DNA of 64,000 nt, from assembly GCA_040901675.1 (NCBI GenBank), contig JBBDYJ010000010.1, positions 44,211-108,210 of the forward strand, in the 5' to 3' direction. Position numbers and translations under genes: made by a program. Origin of the DNA: Pirellulales bacterium (GTDB lineage: Bacteria > Planctomycetota > Planctomycetia > Pirellulales > JAICIG01). The notes under the pieces were generated by a model that saw nothing but the letters and a program-made list of their open reading frames with translations, was not told the origin of the DNA and made no database searches. Shown here piece after piece: positions 1 through 8,990 of the stretch. Within the stretch, counting starts at the first letter, position 1; each line of letters starts with the position of its first letter.

Positions 1-166
1 GAGACGGACCTTTCGACAAGCTCAAGGCAGGGACGGACGAAGACTGGGGCACGCTACCGCTTTGCCCCAGGCACCCGGCGAACGGAGGAGACGGACCTTT
101 CGACAAGCTCAAGGCAGGGACGGACGAAGACTGGGGCACGCTTATCGCTTTGCCCCAGGCACCCGG
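1..166 (+). repeat. Tandem pair (period 87 bp) of a composite REP unit: TTCGACAAGCTCA element + CTGGGGCA..TGCCCCAGGCACCC hairpin
   Basis: GAGACGGACCTTTCGACAAGCTCAAGGCAGGGACGGACGAAGA starts at 1 and at 88; hairpin copies at 44-76 and 131-164. Confidence 0.9.
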
Positions 167-2445
167 CCGGCCTCGTCCATTTCGGCGATCCAGCGGCGGA
201 TCAGCTCGACTGCTTCGGCGTGTACCAGCCGCTTGCCGAGCTCGGGCATCATCACGTCGGGATGCGTGGAAGCGATGCGGAAGAAGAGAATCGACTCGTC
301 GGGCTTGCCGGGCACGACGTCGTACAGCAAGCCGCCGGAACCGATGCCCGCCGCCACCGGCGGCTTGTTGACGCCGAACTTGACGGGCACGTCTTGAGTC
401 GAGAGCAGATCCAGGCCCGAGTTCTGCGCCGCCCCTCCGGGCTGGTGGCAATGCGCGCAGTTGATGTCGAGCCAGGCGCGGGCCCGCTCGTCGAGCTCGG
501 CGCTCTCGTCGTCCCAGGCAGCCAAGCGCGGCGCTTTGCCGGGCGGCGGCGCGCCGGCCAGCGCGCCGGTGCGCGACCAGTGAGCGAGCTGGTTCTCGCG
601 GCCGCCAGCGTAGTCGAAGTCGCGATTCAAGTGCCGCGCCTGGGGGCCGATCGGCCGCATCTGGCCTTCGTGCCGGTGGCAGCCTTTGCAGTCGTTGGCG
701 TTGGGAACCAGGTAGTCGTTGGTCTGCCGGCGCCCCTCGCCGTCGATCCAGTTGACGTCGACCACTCCACCGGCAAGCTGCAGCCGGGCCTCGGTCTGCT
801 CGTCGTTCCAGACGTACGGCAGACCGATCCAGCCCAGCGCCTGGCTCTCGTAAACCAGGATCCGCGTTTCCAGCAGCCGCTCGGGCCCGGCCGGGTCGGC
901 CATGTTCTCGGGCATCGCGAACGTCTTGGAGATCACCGTGCCGACGGGAAACTCGAAGCGCCCATCGGCGGCGTACCGCGCGGCCGCTGCCTTGGGCAAG
1001 CGAACCAGCCGGTGCTTGACCGTGTAATCGGAAAACAGGGCCGAGTTCAGATCGTAGGGGATCACGCCTTTGCGGGGCCTCTGTCCGGAGGCCTTGCCTT
1101 GCCACAGCGGCCAGCCATCGAGGTCGTCGGGGAACTTGCTCCAGTCGACCTCGGCTGCCGCCACGGCCACGGCGTCGAGATCGGGCAGGCTCACCGCGGC
1201 CAGGGCCTGCCGGGGTGCATCCTGGGGCGCCGCGGCCTTGCTGATCTTGAGTCCGGCCAGCTTGACCAGGTCGCGGGGCAGCTCGAGCTTCATCAGCGAT
1301 TCCAGGTCGAGCCGGGTAAAGTCGGCATCGCCGTTGTCGTGGAAGCTGAACGCCAGCTCGGCGGGCAACTGCCCGTCTACCAGCCTGGCGGGATTGGCGG
1401 CCGAGTCGCAGATGATGTCCGGCAGCCGGCCTTTCATCAGCAGCTTGAGGTACGCCAGATCGCCGGCGGGCTTGTCGCCGCCCCCCGAAAAGCGGTTGTG
1501 GTGCACGTGAATCGCTTCGCAGTAGGGATCGAAGCCGGGGTCGCTGAACGGCCGCTGCGTGGCCCCGTAGCCCACGATCGAAAGGTTCACGGTCTGGTTG
1601 TCCTTGAAGTCGTTGTCGAAGATCTCGACCTCGTCGCTGGCCACCACCATGATGCCGGTGCCGGCCGGCACGGCCGCCACGATGTTGCCCGCGGGGGCGA
1701 AGTTCGCGTGGTTGTTGGCCAGCACGCGGTTGTTGAACACGCGGCAGTGCCTGCCGGTTTTGACCACCAGGTCGGGAAGGGTGAAGACCAGGATGCCGCC
1801 GGCATTGTCGGTGAGCTCGTTGTCGTACACGTCGGCCCGCTCGCAGTTCTCGATCTCGATGCCGGCCACGTTGCGGCTCGCCTTGTTGTGGCGGACCACG
1901 ACCTCGGCCGACTGGCCCACGTAGATGCCGGCGTCCGAGGCGCCCTGGACCAGGCAGTGCTCGACCAGCACGTTGCGGCACAGCACCGGATACAGGCCGT
2001 AGCTGCCGTTTTCGGCGCTGGCGCCGCCGGTCCAGCTCACGTGTACGCGGCGGATGACGACTCCGTCGGCGCCTGAGATCTTGACGGCGTCGCCGCGGGC
2101 GTCTTCGACGGCCAGGTCTTCCAGCGTGAAGCGGCCGGCGGTGACCGAGAGCCCCTCGCCGCCCGTCCCTTGCCGCAGGTTCTTGAAGCTCAGGATCGTC
2201 TTGTCCTGGCCGGCCCCGCGCAGCGTGACCCCTGGCACGTCGAGCGACAGCGTGCCCGTGAAATCGAACCGCCCGGCCGCGAACTCGACTACGTCGCCCG
2301 CACGGGCCCGGACCAGGACGGCCTGCGCCTGTTGCTGGGCGTCGGGCCCGGGCTCGATTTTGTGATTGGCGGCCCGTGCCGGCAGGGCCGCCAGCAGGAT
2401 GGCCAGGACCGGCCACGGCATCGACGCGGAAAGAATGGATCGCAT
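142..2445 (-). CDS. Fusion: parallel beta-helix protein (TIGR03805-like) + SO2930/HNE_0200-like diheme c-type cytochrome (TIGR03806-like)
   Basis: Signal peptide after ATG 2445 (GGAGG upstream); beta-helix motifs GASDAGIYVGQS, NVAGIEIEN; C-half has LFSDYTVKHR, FPVGTVISKTF, ETRIL, CKGCH, CAHCH, MMPELG. Confidence 0.85.
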   Translation of the reverse strand: MRSILSASMPWPVLAILLAALPARAANHKIEPGPDAQQQAQAVLVRARAGDVVEFAAGRFDFTGTLSLDVPGVTLRGAGQDKTILSFKNLRQGTGGEGLSVTAGRFTLEDLAVEDARGDAVKISGADGVVIRRVHVSWTGGASAENGSYGLYPVLCRNVLVEHCLVQGASDAGIYVGQSAEVVVRHNKASRNVAGIEIENCERADVYDNELTDNAGGILVFTLPDLVVKTGRHCRVFNNRVLANNHANFAPAGNIVAAVPAGTGIMVVASDEVEIFDNDFKDNQTVNLSIVGYGATQRPFSDPGFDPYCEAIHVHHNRFSGGGDKPAGDLAYLKLLMKGRLPDIICDSAANPARLVDGQLPAELAFSFHDNGDADFTRLDLESLMKLELPRDLVKLAGLKISKAAAPQDAPRQALAAVSLPDLDAVAVAAAEVDWSKFPDDLDGWPLWQGKASGQRPRKGVIPYDLNSALFSDYTVKHRLVRLPKAAAARYAADGRFEFPVGTVISKTFAMPENMADPAGPERLLETRILVYESQALGWIGLPYVWNDEQTEARLQLAGGVVDVNWIDGEGRRQTNDYLVPNANDCKGCHRHEGQMRPIGPQARHLNRDFDYAGGRENQLAHWSRTGALAGAPPPGKAPRLAAWDDESAELDERARAWLDINCAHCHQPGGAAQNSGLDLLSTQDVPVKFGVNKPPVAAGIGSGGLLYDVVPGKPDESILFFRIASTHPDVMMPELGKRLVHAEAVELIRRWIAEMDEAGRVPGAKR

Positions 2446-2665
2446 GGCTCGCCTCCCTGGAGTGGGGCCGCCGGAGTGGGGGCCTACCTTCATTATGTAA
2501 TAGAAGCGGGCCGGGGGCGTCCAGTCCGATCGGGTTGACCCTGAGGGCTGTACCCTAGGTCGGGGCTGCGCCAAGGGCTCCTGGGATAGCGATTTGTTCA
2601 ATTTGGGCGGTTATCGGGCCGATAAACCGAAAAGACCGCCACCCAAGGCCCAGGAAGACCAAATC

Positions 2666-2980
2666 ATGAAGCGGCTTGTTCTCGCCATTCTGCTGGCGGC
2701 CTTGGTGAGCTCGAGCACCGGGTGCCAAATTGGCCATGGGTGCCGCGAGCGCGGCTGCGGCCGTTGCGGCGGCCACGGCTGCGGGCTGTTCGCTCGGTGC
2801 GCGGGGCTGTTTCATGGTGGCGGCCGGTTGGGCCACCGCGGCGGCACGGATGGCGCTGAGGGCGGCTATGCCGAGGCCGGAGTGGGCGGCCCGCCCGTGG
2901 GCCAGGTGACCTACCCCTACTACACGAACCGGGGTCCGCGCGACTTTTTGGCCGAGAACCCCCGCGGCATCGGCCCGTAG
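2666..2980 (+). CDS. Small Cys/Gly-rich secreted or lipoprotein with C-terminal YPYYTxRGPRDFL motif
   Basis: MKRLVLAILLAALVSSSTGC lipobox-like leader; GCG repeats; motif recalled from planctomycete small proteins. Confidence 0.75.
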   Translation: MKRLVLAILLAALVSSSTGCQIGHGCRERGCGRCGGHGCGLFARCAGLFHGGGRLGHRGGTDGAEGGYAEAGVGGPPVGQVTYPYYTNRGPRDFLAENPRGIGP

Positions 2981-2984
2981 TGCA

Positions 2985-3162
2985 ACCGGGGGCTTAACGC
3001 CGCCCGGCTATTGAATGCCGCCACCCTTCGGGGGCTGAAAAGAGATTCGTTGGGGCGCACACCGGGGGCTTGCGCACCCCGGCTATTGAATGCCGCCCGG
3101 CTTCGCGGGCTGAAGACGGGCCCCTTGGTTCGCAGACCGGGGGCTTACGCACCCCGGCAACA
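2985..3162 (+). repeat. Three ~75-bp-period REP-like hairpin units (ACCGGGGGCTTnnGCnnCCCGGCTA) between convergent genes
   Basis: Copies start at 2985, 3061 and 3136; first two followed by TTGAATGCCGCC and a second GC hairpin. Confidence 0.85.
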
Positions 3163-3196
3163 TGCCGTTACTTCGAAGTCCGCCTGACGGGCGGCC

Positions 3197-4276
3197 TCAC
3201 TTGATTTCGGCCATGAAGCGGAGGAAGTGGGCGTCGAGCATTTTGAGGTCCTTGCCGAAGACCTCGGTGAAGTCGGCCATCCGCTCGACCGGCGTGCAGT
3301 CGGCGAAGGGGGGACGCCTGGCGGTGAGGGCCAGGTATTGGGTGTATTTGCGGGGCTGGGTCTCGGCGAGGAAGAACGAGAAAGCCCAGCTCTCGGCGTA
3401 GGCCGCGCCGGGATCCAGGTCGAAACGGCGATCGGAGCTGATCAGGTCAACGAGCGAGTCGCTCTTGCGCCGCTCGAGGTGCCGCTGGAACTGGATCAGC
3501 CGGCCCTGGTTCAACCGGTCGCCACGGGCAGTGTGCTGCCGGGAGTTCCAAACGCCTGGCGCTTCGAACATGGTGGCCAGCCCCTCGACGGCCCAGGCGG
3601 GCACGGCCGAAAACCGGCGGTGAACGCCGGTATTGAAGGCGGTCTGGTGGGTGGCCTCGTGGATGATGGTTTCGGCGTGATCGTGCCAGTTGTCGGCGTT
3701 GGCGTTTCCTCCGCTGACGTCGAAGAGGCAGACGCGGTTGGTATCGGGAGAGTAGTAGCCCTTGGCGTCCGGGCCGATGCGGGCTCCCTCTTTGCGTGCA
3801 TATTGCAGAAAGTCGTGCTGATTGCGGAAGACGATCGCCACCAGGGGAAACTCGGGTTCCGTGAGCCGGAAGCCACGGGCTGAAAAATAATGCACGAACG
3901 AGCGATACAGCTCCTCGAAGCGGGGGCTCCAGTAGTCGCGCTGGCCGTGGGGGTGGGCCACGATGTAGTGGCCGGTGCCGCTGATCTCGAAGCCCGCTCC
4001 CAGCTCCTGGGTCAGCCGTTTGCGGAACTCGCCCAGCGAGAAACTGCGGAACGAGGACGACGACTTGCGGAAGCCGCTGGCTTCGCTGGGGGCGAAGGTC
4101 AAGACCTTGCCGTCGCGCAGCAGCAGCTCCACGCGGCTGTCGTCCCATGCCAGGGGCGAGCCCTCGACCTGCTTGCCGTTCAACTCCAGTTCGAGAGTCC
4201 AGCGAGCGGGTTCCTCGCCGGGCGAGGCCGCCGCCAGTGCCAGCACCACGATGCTCGCCAAGATCCCCAATCGCAT
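3197..4276 (-). CDS. DUF1570 domain-containing protein (zincin-like HExxH)
   Basis: Signal peptide; TIIHEATHQTAFNTGVH, WAVEGLATMFE, AYAESWA; AGGAGG before ATG 4276. Confidence 0.85.
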   Translation of the reverse strand: MRLGILASIVVLALAAASPGEEPARWTLELELNGKQVEGSPLAWDDSRVELLLRDGKVLTFAPSEASGFRKSSSSFRSFSLGEFRKRLTQELGAGFEISGTGHYIVAHPHGQRDYWSPRFEELYRSFVHYFSARGFRLTEPEFPLVAIVFRNQHDFLQYARKEGARIGPDAKGYYSPDTNRVCLFDVSGGNANADNWHDHAETIIHEATHQTAFNTGVHRRFSAVPAWAVEGLATMFEAPGVWNSRQHTARGDRLNQGRLIQFQRHLERRKSDSLVDLISSDRRFDLDPGAAYAESWAFSFFLAETQPRKYTQYLALTARRPPFADCTPVERMADFTEVFGKDLKMLDAHFLRFMAEIK

Positions 4277-4558
4277 GGCCCGCCTCCTGTTCTGATCCTG
4301 ATTCATCCTCTGCCCGCCTTCGGCCGCCGCGGGGCCCGAAACCCCAAAAAAGTCTACGTCATCCATTCAGCCAGGCCGACCGCGGCGCCTTTCCCGCGTC
4401 AACGGCCCTCCATAAGAAACCGACATCCAAAATCGCTCGTTTCTGGCACCGGGCCGCGGCAGGCCGTAAAATAGAATAGAACTCGCGGCGCGGTTGCGTC
4501 GCTCACGTCGTTGCCCTGTCGTGAGGGGAAGAACTATCTCGTTGGAAGGAGGTCCGGC

Positions 4559-5836
4559 GTGCTCAAGGTATTGCTCTTCGCCGGTTGCGCGTTGTTCGGC
4601 CAGGTCGAAGCGCCCGCCGGCGAGGACCTGGCCCCCGAGGTCCGCAAGCTGGTCCGCCAGCTCGATGCGCCCGAAAAAGCGCTGCGCGACGAGGCCGAGC
4701 AGAAGCTGATCGAGCTGGGCGTCGCGGCGCTGTCGCTGTTGCCGGAAACGACCGACCGCACGCCGGCCGAGGTGGCCCTGCGGTTGGAACGGATCCGCTC
4801 GCGGCTGGAGCGGACGCAGGCCGAGGCGGCCGTGAACGGCTCGACCGTGTCGCTCGAGGGGAGCGGCCTGTCGCTGGCCGAAGTCTTCGAGGCCATCGAA
4901 GAGCAGACCGGCAACAAGCTGGTCGACTTCCGCGAGCAGTTCAACCAGGAACCGGCTCCGCTCAAGCTGGCGCTCGACGTCGAGAGCATGTTGTTCTGGC
5001 AGGCGCTGGACCAGGTGCTGGACCAGGCCAACCTGACCATCTACAGCTACGGCGCCGAGGAGGGGCTGGCCGTGGTGGGCCGGTCGAACTCGCAGTTGCC
5101 TCGTTTCGGCCGGGCCAATTACGCCGGTTCGTTCCGGATCGAAGCCACCGAGTTCAGCGCCCATCGCGACCTGCGCGACCCCAACAGCCACACGATGCAG
5201 TTGGGGATCGAGGCCGCCTGGGAGCCGCGTCTCAAGCCGGTGGTCATCATCCAGCCGGCGGGCGCCATCGAAGCCATGACCGACGCCGGCGAGCCGCTGC
5301 CGATCGCCGGCGGCGGCACCGAGATGGAGATCTCCGTCAGTCCCGGGGCGACCTCGGCGGATCTTTTCGTCAGCTTCGAGCTGCCCGACCGCGGCGTGAA
5401 GCGCATCGCCAGCCTGAAGGGGAAACTGTCGGCCGTGCTGCCGGGCCGGATCGAGACCTTCCGCTTCGGCAACCTGGAAAAGGCCAAGAAGGTCGAACGA
5501 CGCAAGGCCGGCGTGACGGTCGTGCTCGACGAGGCCCGCAAGAACAACGAGGTCTGGGAGGTGCGCGTGCGGGTGGTGTTCGACAAGGCTTCCGGGGCCC
5601 TGGAATCGCACCGCGGCTGGATCTTCAACAACGAGGCCTACCTCGAAGCGCCGAACAAGGAAACCATCGCCAGCGGCAGCCTGGAAACCACCCGCCAGAC
5701 CGAGACCGACGTGGGCATCGCCTACTTGTTCGATGTCCCAGGTGGATTGAAGGGCTACACCTTCGTGTACCGGACGCCGGCGGCCATCGTCACCGTGCCG
5801 ATCGAGTACGAGCTGAAGGACCTGGAGCTGCCGTGA
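4559..5836 (+). CDS. Conserved hypothetical secreted protein (planctomycete type, N-terminal HEAT-like helices)
   Basis: Long ORF with high-GC codon bias; GGAGG before GTG 4559; LVRQLDA..RDEAEQKLIELG motif. Confidence 0.75.
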   Translation: MLKVLLFAGCALFGQVEAPAGEDLAPEVRKLVRQLDAPEKALRDEAEQKLIELGVAALSLLPETTDRTPAEVALRLERIRSRLERTQAEAAVNGSTVSLEGSGLSLAEVFEAIEEQTGNKLVDFREQFNQEPAPLKLALDVESMLFWQALDQVLDQANLTIYSYGAEEGLAVVGRSNSQLPRFGRANYAGSFRIEATEFSAHRDLRDPNSHTMQLGIEAAWEPRLKPVVIIQPAGAIEAMTDAGEPLPIAGGGTEMEISVSPGATSADLFVSFELPDRGVKRIASLKGKLSAVLPGRIETFRFGNLEKAKKVERRKAGVTVVLDEARKNNEVWEVRVRVVFDKASGALESHRGWIFNNEAYLEAPNKETIASGSLETTRQTETDVGIAYLFDVPGGLKGYTFVYRTPAAIVTVPIEYELKDLELP

Positions 5837-6960
5837 GCGGCCAACCCTCGACAATCTCCGAGCGTGGCCGGCCGGCGGCCGCGATCTGCCTGGCGGCCCC
5901 GATCTGCCTGGCAGCCTGGATGGGCGCCGCATGGACGGCCCGGGCCGCCGGCGACGACCAGGCGGCCCCGCGACTCGATCCCCAAACCGTGGTGGCCACC
6001 GTCGCTGGCGGCACGGCACAGCCGGCGCCGCCTGCAAAAACCGGAGCCGCCGGCGGCGGTGAGGCGGAACCGATCGTGGCGGGCGAGGTGTACCAGGTGC
6101 TCGCCGAGGCGCTTCGCGGCAGGGCCGTGAACAGCGACGATCCGGCGGTGGTGGCCCACGCGCTAGAGCAGGTGATCAACCGCCGGCTGGTGGCCGCGCA
6201 TCTTGTGGAAACCGGCTATGGAGCGGGTCCCGAGGAAGTCGACGCGTTGTGGGCCGAGTTGCTCGAGCGGCTGGCCGCCGGCGACGTTGCGGTCGAGGCG
6301 TTCCTCAAGGAGCGCGGCACGAGCGAGTCGGCCCTGCGCCGGCAGTTGGCCTGGAACGTGGCCTGGCATCGCTACCTGGAGGGGCAACTGACCGACGAAG
6401 CGCTTCAGCGGCACTTCGACGCCCATCGCCGGCACTTCGACGGCACCGAGCTGCGGGTGAGCCATATCCTGCTGAAGGTGGAGGAAAGCGCCGAGTCGTC
6501 AGGCAAGTCGTCCGGCAAGTCGTCCAGCAGTGGCCGCTCGGCAGTGGTGCGAGAGGCCGAGCAGTTGCGGGGCGAGATCCTGGCGGGCAAGCTGACGTTT
6601 GCCGAGGCTGCCGAGCGTCACTCGGCCGGTCCCAGCCGGCGGCAAGGGGGCGACTTGGGCTTGATTCCCCGCCGCGACCGGATGGTGGAGGCCTTTTCGC
6701 GGGCGGCCTTTGCGCTGGAAAAGGGGGAGATCAGCCCGCCCGTCACGACGCAGTTCGGCATTCACCTGATTCAGTGCACCGAGGTCAAGCCCGGCACGCT
6801 GAGCTGGCAGGACGTGCGCGGCGACCTGGCGGCCGCCGTGGCGCGCGAGTTGTTTGCCGATCTTGCCCGGCCGCTGCGTGCCAAAGCCAAGGTCGAGTAC
6901 AGCGGCGCCATGCCGCACCTTGGGGGAAAGGAGGAAGGAGGAAGGAGGAAGGCAGAGTAA
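5833..6960 (+). CDS. PpiC/parvulin-type peptidylprolyl isomerase (SurA/PrsA-like)
   Basis: LRVSHILL, FAEAAERHS, GGDLG, MVEAFSRAAFAL, SPPVTTQFGIHLI; GTGA overlap with upstream stop; start uncertain (ATG 5920 possible). Confidence 0.9.
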   Translation: MSGQPSTISERGRPAAAICLAAPICLAAWMGAAWTARAAGDDQAAPRLDPQTVVATVAGGTAQPAPPAKTGAAGGGEAEPIVAGEVYQVLAEALRGRAVNSDDPAVVAHALEQVINRRLVAAHLVETGYGAGPEEVDALWAELLERLAAGDVAVEAFLKERGTSESALRRQLAWNVAWHRYLEGQLTDEALQRHFDAHRRHFDGTELRVSHILLKVEESAESSGKSSGKSSSSGRSAVVREAEQLRGEILAGKLTFAEAAERHSAGPSRRQGGDLGLIPRRDRMVEAFSRAAFALEKGEISPPVTTQFGIHLIQCTEVKPGTLSWQDVRGDLAAAVARELFADLARPLRAKAKVEYSGAMPHLGGKEEGGRRKAE

Positions 6961-7337
6961 GAAAACGGACGAATGGACAGGGGCACGCTAAGGCTTTCCG
7001 TCGTCGGCTTGCCGCCCGTTCTCCCGCGTGAGGCAGCCGTCGTAGCAGAATCACCGGAGCTCTGGTTCAGCCATCGGCAGCTTCACTCTACCCTGAGAAC
7101 CAGCGGCAGAAGGGTGCCAGCCAGATGGCGAAGCCGAGCCAGGCGAAAGTCACTGCGCCGGAAACAACGACTAGCAACACGATCGGCCAAAGCAGGGCGA
7201 ACTGCAGCGGGTCGATGCGCGGCGCCGCGAGGTCCCGGCCAGTGGCCGTGCCGGACCAGCCGAAGCCTTTGCATGCCAGCAGCAGCAGTGCCGCTCGCAA
7301 GTAGTTGAGTGGTCGTCACTGCCGTGGCTCCTGGCCC

Positions 7338-8156
7338 TTACCATTCGCGCCATTCATCAGCCAAGTCTTTGTGAGCGCCCAGCCCGCAGGCGTGAACGAC
7401 TGCCTCGAACTCTTGGCAAATATCTTCGCGTTCGGTCGTTTCTATGAACGACATTTCGGCGTCGAGCTGGTTAAACGACTCGATGCATTGTTGAAGGACA
7501 GCCATTCGTGCGTCCGGCGAGGCACCTGGCCCAAGTTCGATGAGTCGCTGGACCGTCCTTGTCATGAGGTCCCGGGAAGCGCGGATGGCATTGGCGGGCG
7601 GATAGTCCTTCCAGTGGCCGAAAAAACGACGATCGCGAAGTTGTTCGAGGGTGATTCGGCTGAGGTATTCTTCGCGTTCTCGTTGGGCGTTCTCCCCACG
7701 TTCAGCATCTTTCGTTTCCCTTATCAGATCCTCAGCACGGACCGTGTCGCGCTCGTTGTCCCATCTCCATTGCGCGAGCGGTTGCAACGCAAACGTTTCC
7801 CAGCCGCCAAAGGACGGGCTCGGGATTGCCTGCTCCTCGGAAGTGGGCTGGATACTACCAATCGGAATGAAGTCGTCAGGTGGCTGGCCGGATACCCAGA
7901 GGACGTTGGATCTACCACGCCACGAGTGGTGATTCAGGCGAAGTATCGGACGCAGCGCTGGTTCATCGGCGTTTGGCACGTTCACGCCAATCCACGCGGA
8001 CCCGGCAACAAGGATGGTTTCGCTCTTCCATTGTTTGGATTGCTCGCTGCTGGCGTCGAGAAGGACACGGCAAACCGAGTAGCGATGGTCTTCGAGCGGC
8101 ACAGCGAACGCGGCACCCTGAGTTGGAAGCGACGGCTTTAGTTTCTTTCGTGCCAT
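7338..8156 (-). CDS. Hypothetical protein, lower GC; N-terminus Imm26-like (putative orphan immunity protein)
   Basis: [18 protein letters not shown] resembles the Imm26 GxxFaiPLxDGxY pattern; C-terminal [16 protein letters not shown]. Confidence 0.6.
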   Translation of the reverse strand: MARKKLKPSLPTQGAAFAVPLEDHRYSVCRVLLDASSEQSKQWKSETILVAGSAWIGVNVPNADEPALRPILRLNHHSWRGRSNVLWVSGQPPDDFIPIGSIQPTSEEQAIPSPSFGGWETFALQPLAQWRWDNERDTVRAEDLIRETKDAERGENAQREREEYLSRITLEQLRDRRFFGHWKDYPPANAIRASRDLMTRTVQRLIELGPGASPDARMAVLQQCIESFNQLDAEMSFIETTEREDICQEFEAVVHACGLGAHKDLADEWREW

Positions 8157-8213
8157 ATACGCGCTCCCGGTGCAGGTCCTCAAGGTCGCTATCTCCGCCC
8201 CGGTCCCCTCGCC

Positions 8214-8807
8214 TCATCGTCTCGTTCCCCCTTCACCCTCTCCCGGCGGCGGCTGCCACGTCTGAAGCCAGGTCCGCACGCCCAAGGGATCCGAAGGATC
8301 GCAGGAGAGCAGTTGATCCAGCACGGACAAGGCCTGCTCGTGCTGGCCCAGCTCGTGCAGGCACCAGGCGAGCCCCTTGGCAGCTTCGAGAAAGGCCTGG
8401 TTGGCCGGCACCCGATAAGGCAAGGGCCCAGGCAGGCCGGCGGGGGGAAGGGCCGACAAGCCAATGTCGTAGGCGTAGCCGAAGTGGGCCCGGGCGAGCT
8501 TGACGTCTCGCTGCTCCATGGCCAACTCGCCGAGCAGGCGATGGGCGGCCACGAAGTCGCTGCAGCCGTTCAGCAACCAGCGCAGCTCGTCGGTGGCGAT
8601 CTCCAGCTCGCCCGCATCGATCATCTGCCGCACCTCTTCCAGGTCGTCCAGACGTTCCTGCGCGCAGCGCGGGTGGACCAACTCGTAAGCGTTCTCCGAT
8701 CCCCGGCGGCGGATCTTGAGCGCGCCGCGGCGGCCTTGCGGTTGCCCCGGCCGTTCTCGCCGGTGCGGTCCGCCGTCCGGCCGCTTGGGTCCGTGTTTGG
8801 CTGCCAA
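8214..8807 (-). CDS. TPR-like helical repeat hypothetical protein
   Basis: AHRLLGELAM, GLAWCLHELGQHEQALSVLDQLLSCDPSD; TTG start inferred. Confidence 0.7.
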   Translation of the reverse strand: MAAKHGPKRPDGGPHRRERPGQPQGRRGALKIRRRGSENAYELVHPRCAQERLDDLEEVRQMIDAGELEIATDELRWLLNGCSDFVAAHRLLGELAMEQRDVKLARAHFGYAYDIGLSALPPAGLPGPLPYRVPANQAFLEAAKGLAWCLHELGQHEQALSVLDQLLSCDPSDPLGVRTWLQTWQPPPGEGEGGTRR

Positions 8808-8990
8808 ACTTCGGGCTCCTTCAAAGGAATCGGCTTCGAGACGAGAACACCTGCCTGCCCCCGCAGTGTATCGGCCGCCCAGCGGCGAATCCAATCCACC
8901 GAAGCGGTGCGGCCGCTTGTCCGGACCAGAGCTTATGGTAGAGTTCGTGGCCGCCGTGGAACGTTGCACCGCCAGAGAGAACCGATCCGC

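Noticed and set aside
220..2076. Long antisense/alternative-frame ORFs (also 11069-13921, 18547-20592, 20995-23523, 47739-50582, 54030-55544, 63211-63987)
   Set aside because: Shadows of real genes in high-GC DNA; no recognisable motifs
2985..3162. 75-bp-period repeats as a mini-CRISPR
   Set aside because: Repeats are degenerate and spacers share sequence and hairpins; typical intergenic REP cluster
7088..7300. Small hydrophobic ORF downstream of the Imm26-like gene
   Set aside because: TTG start, no clear RBS or motif; cannot be supported
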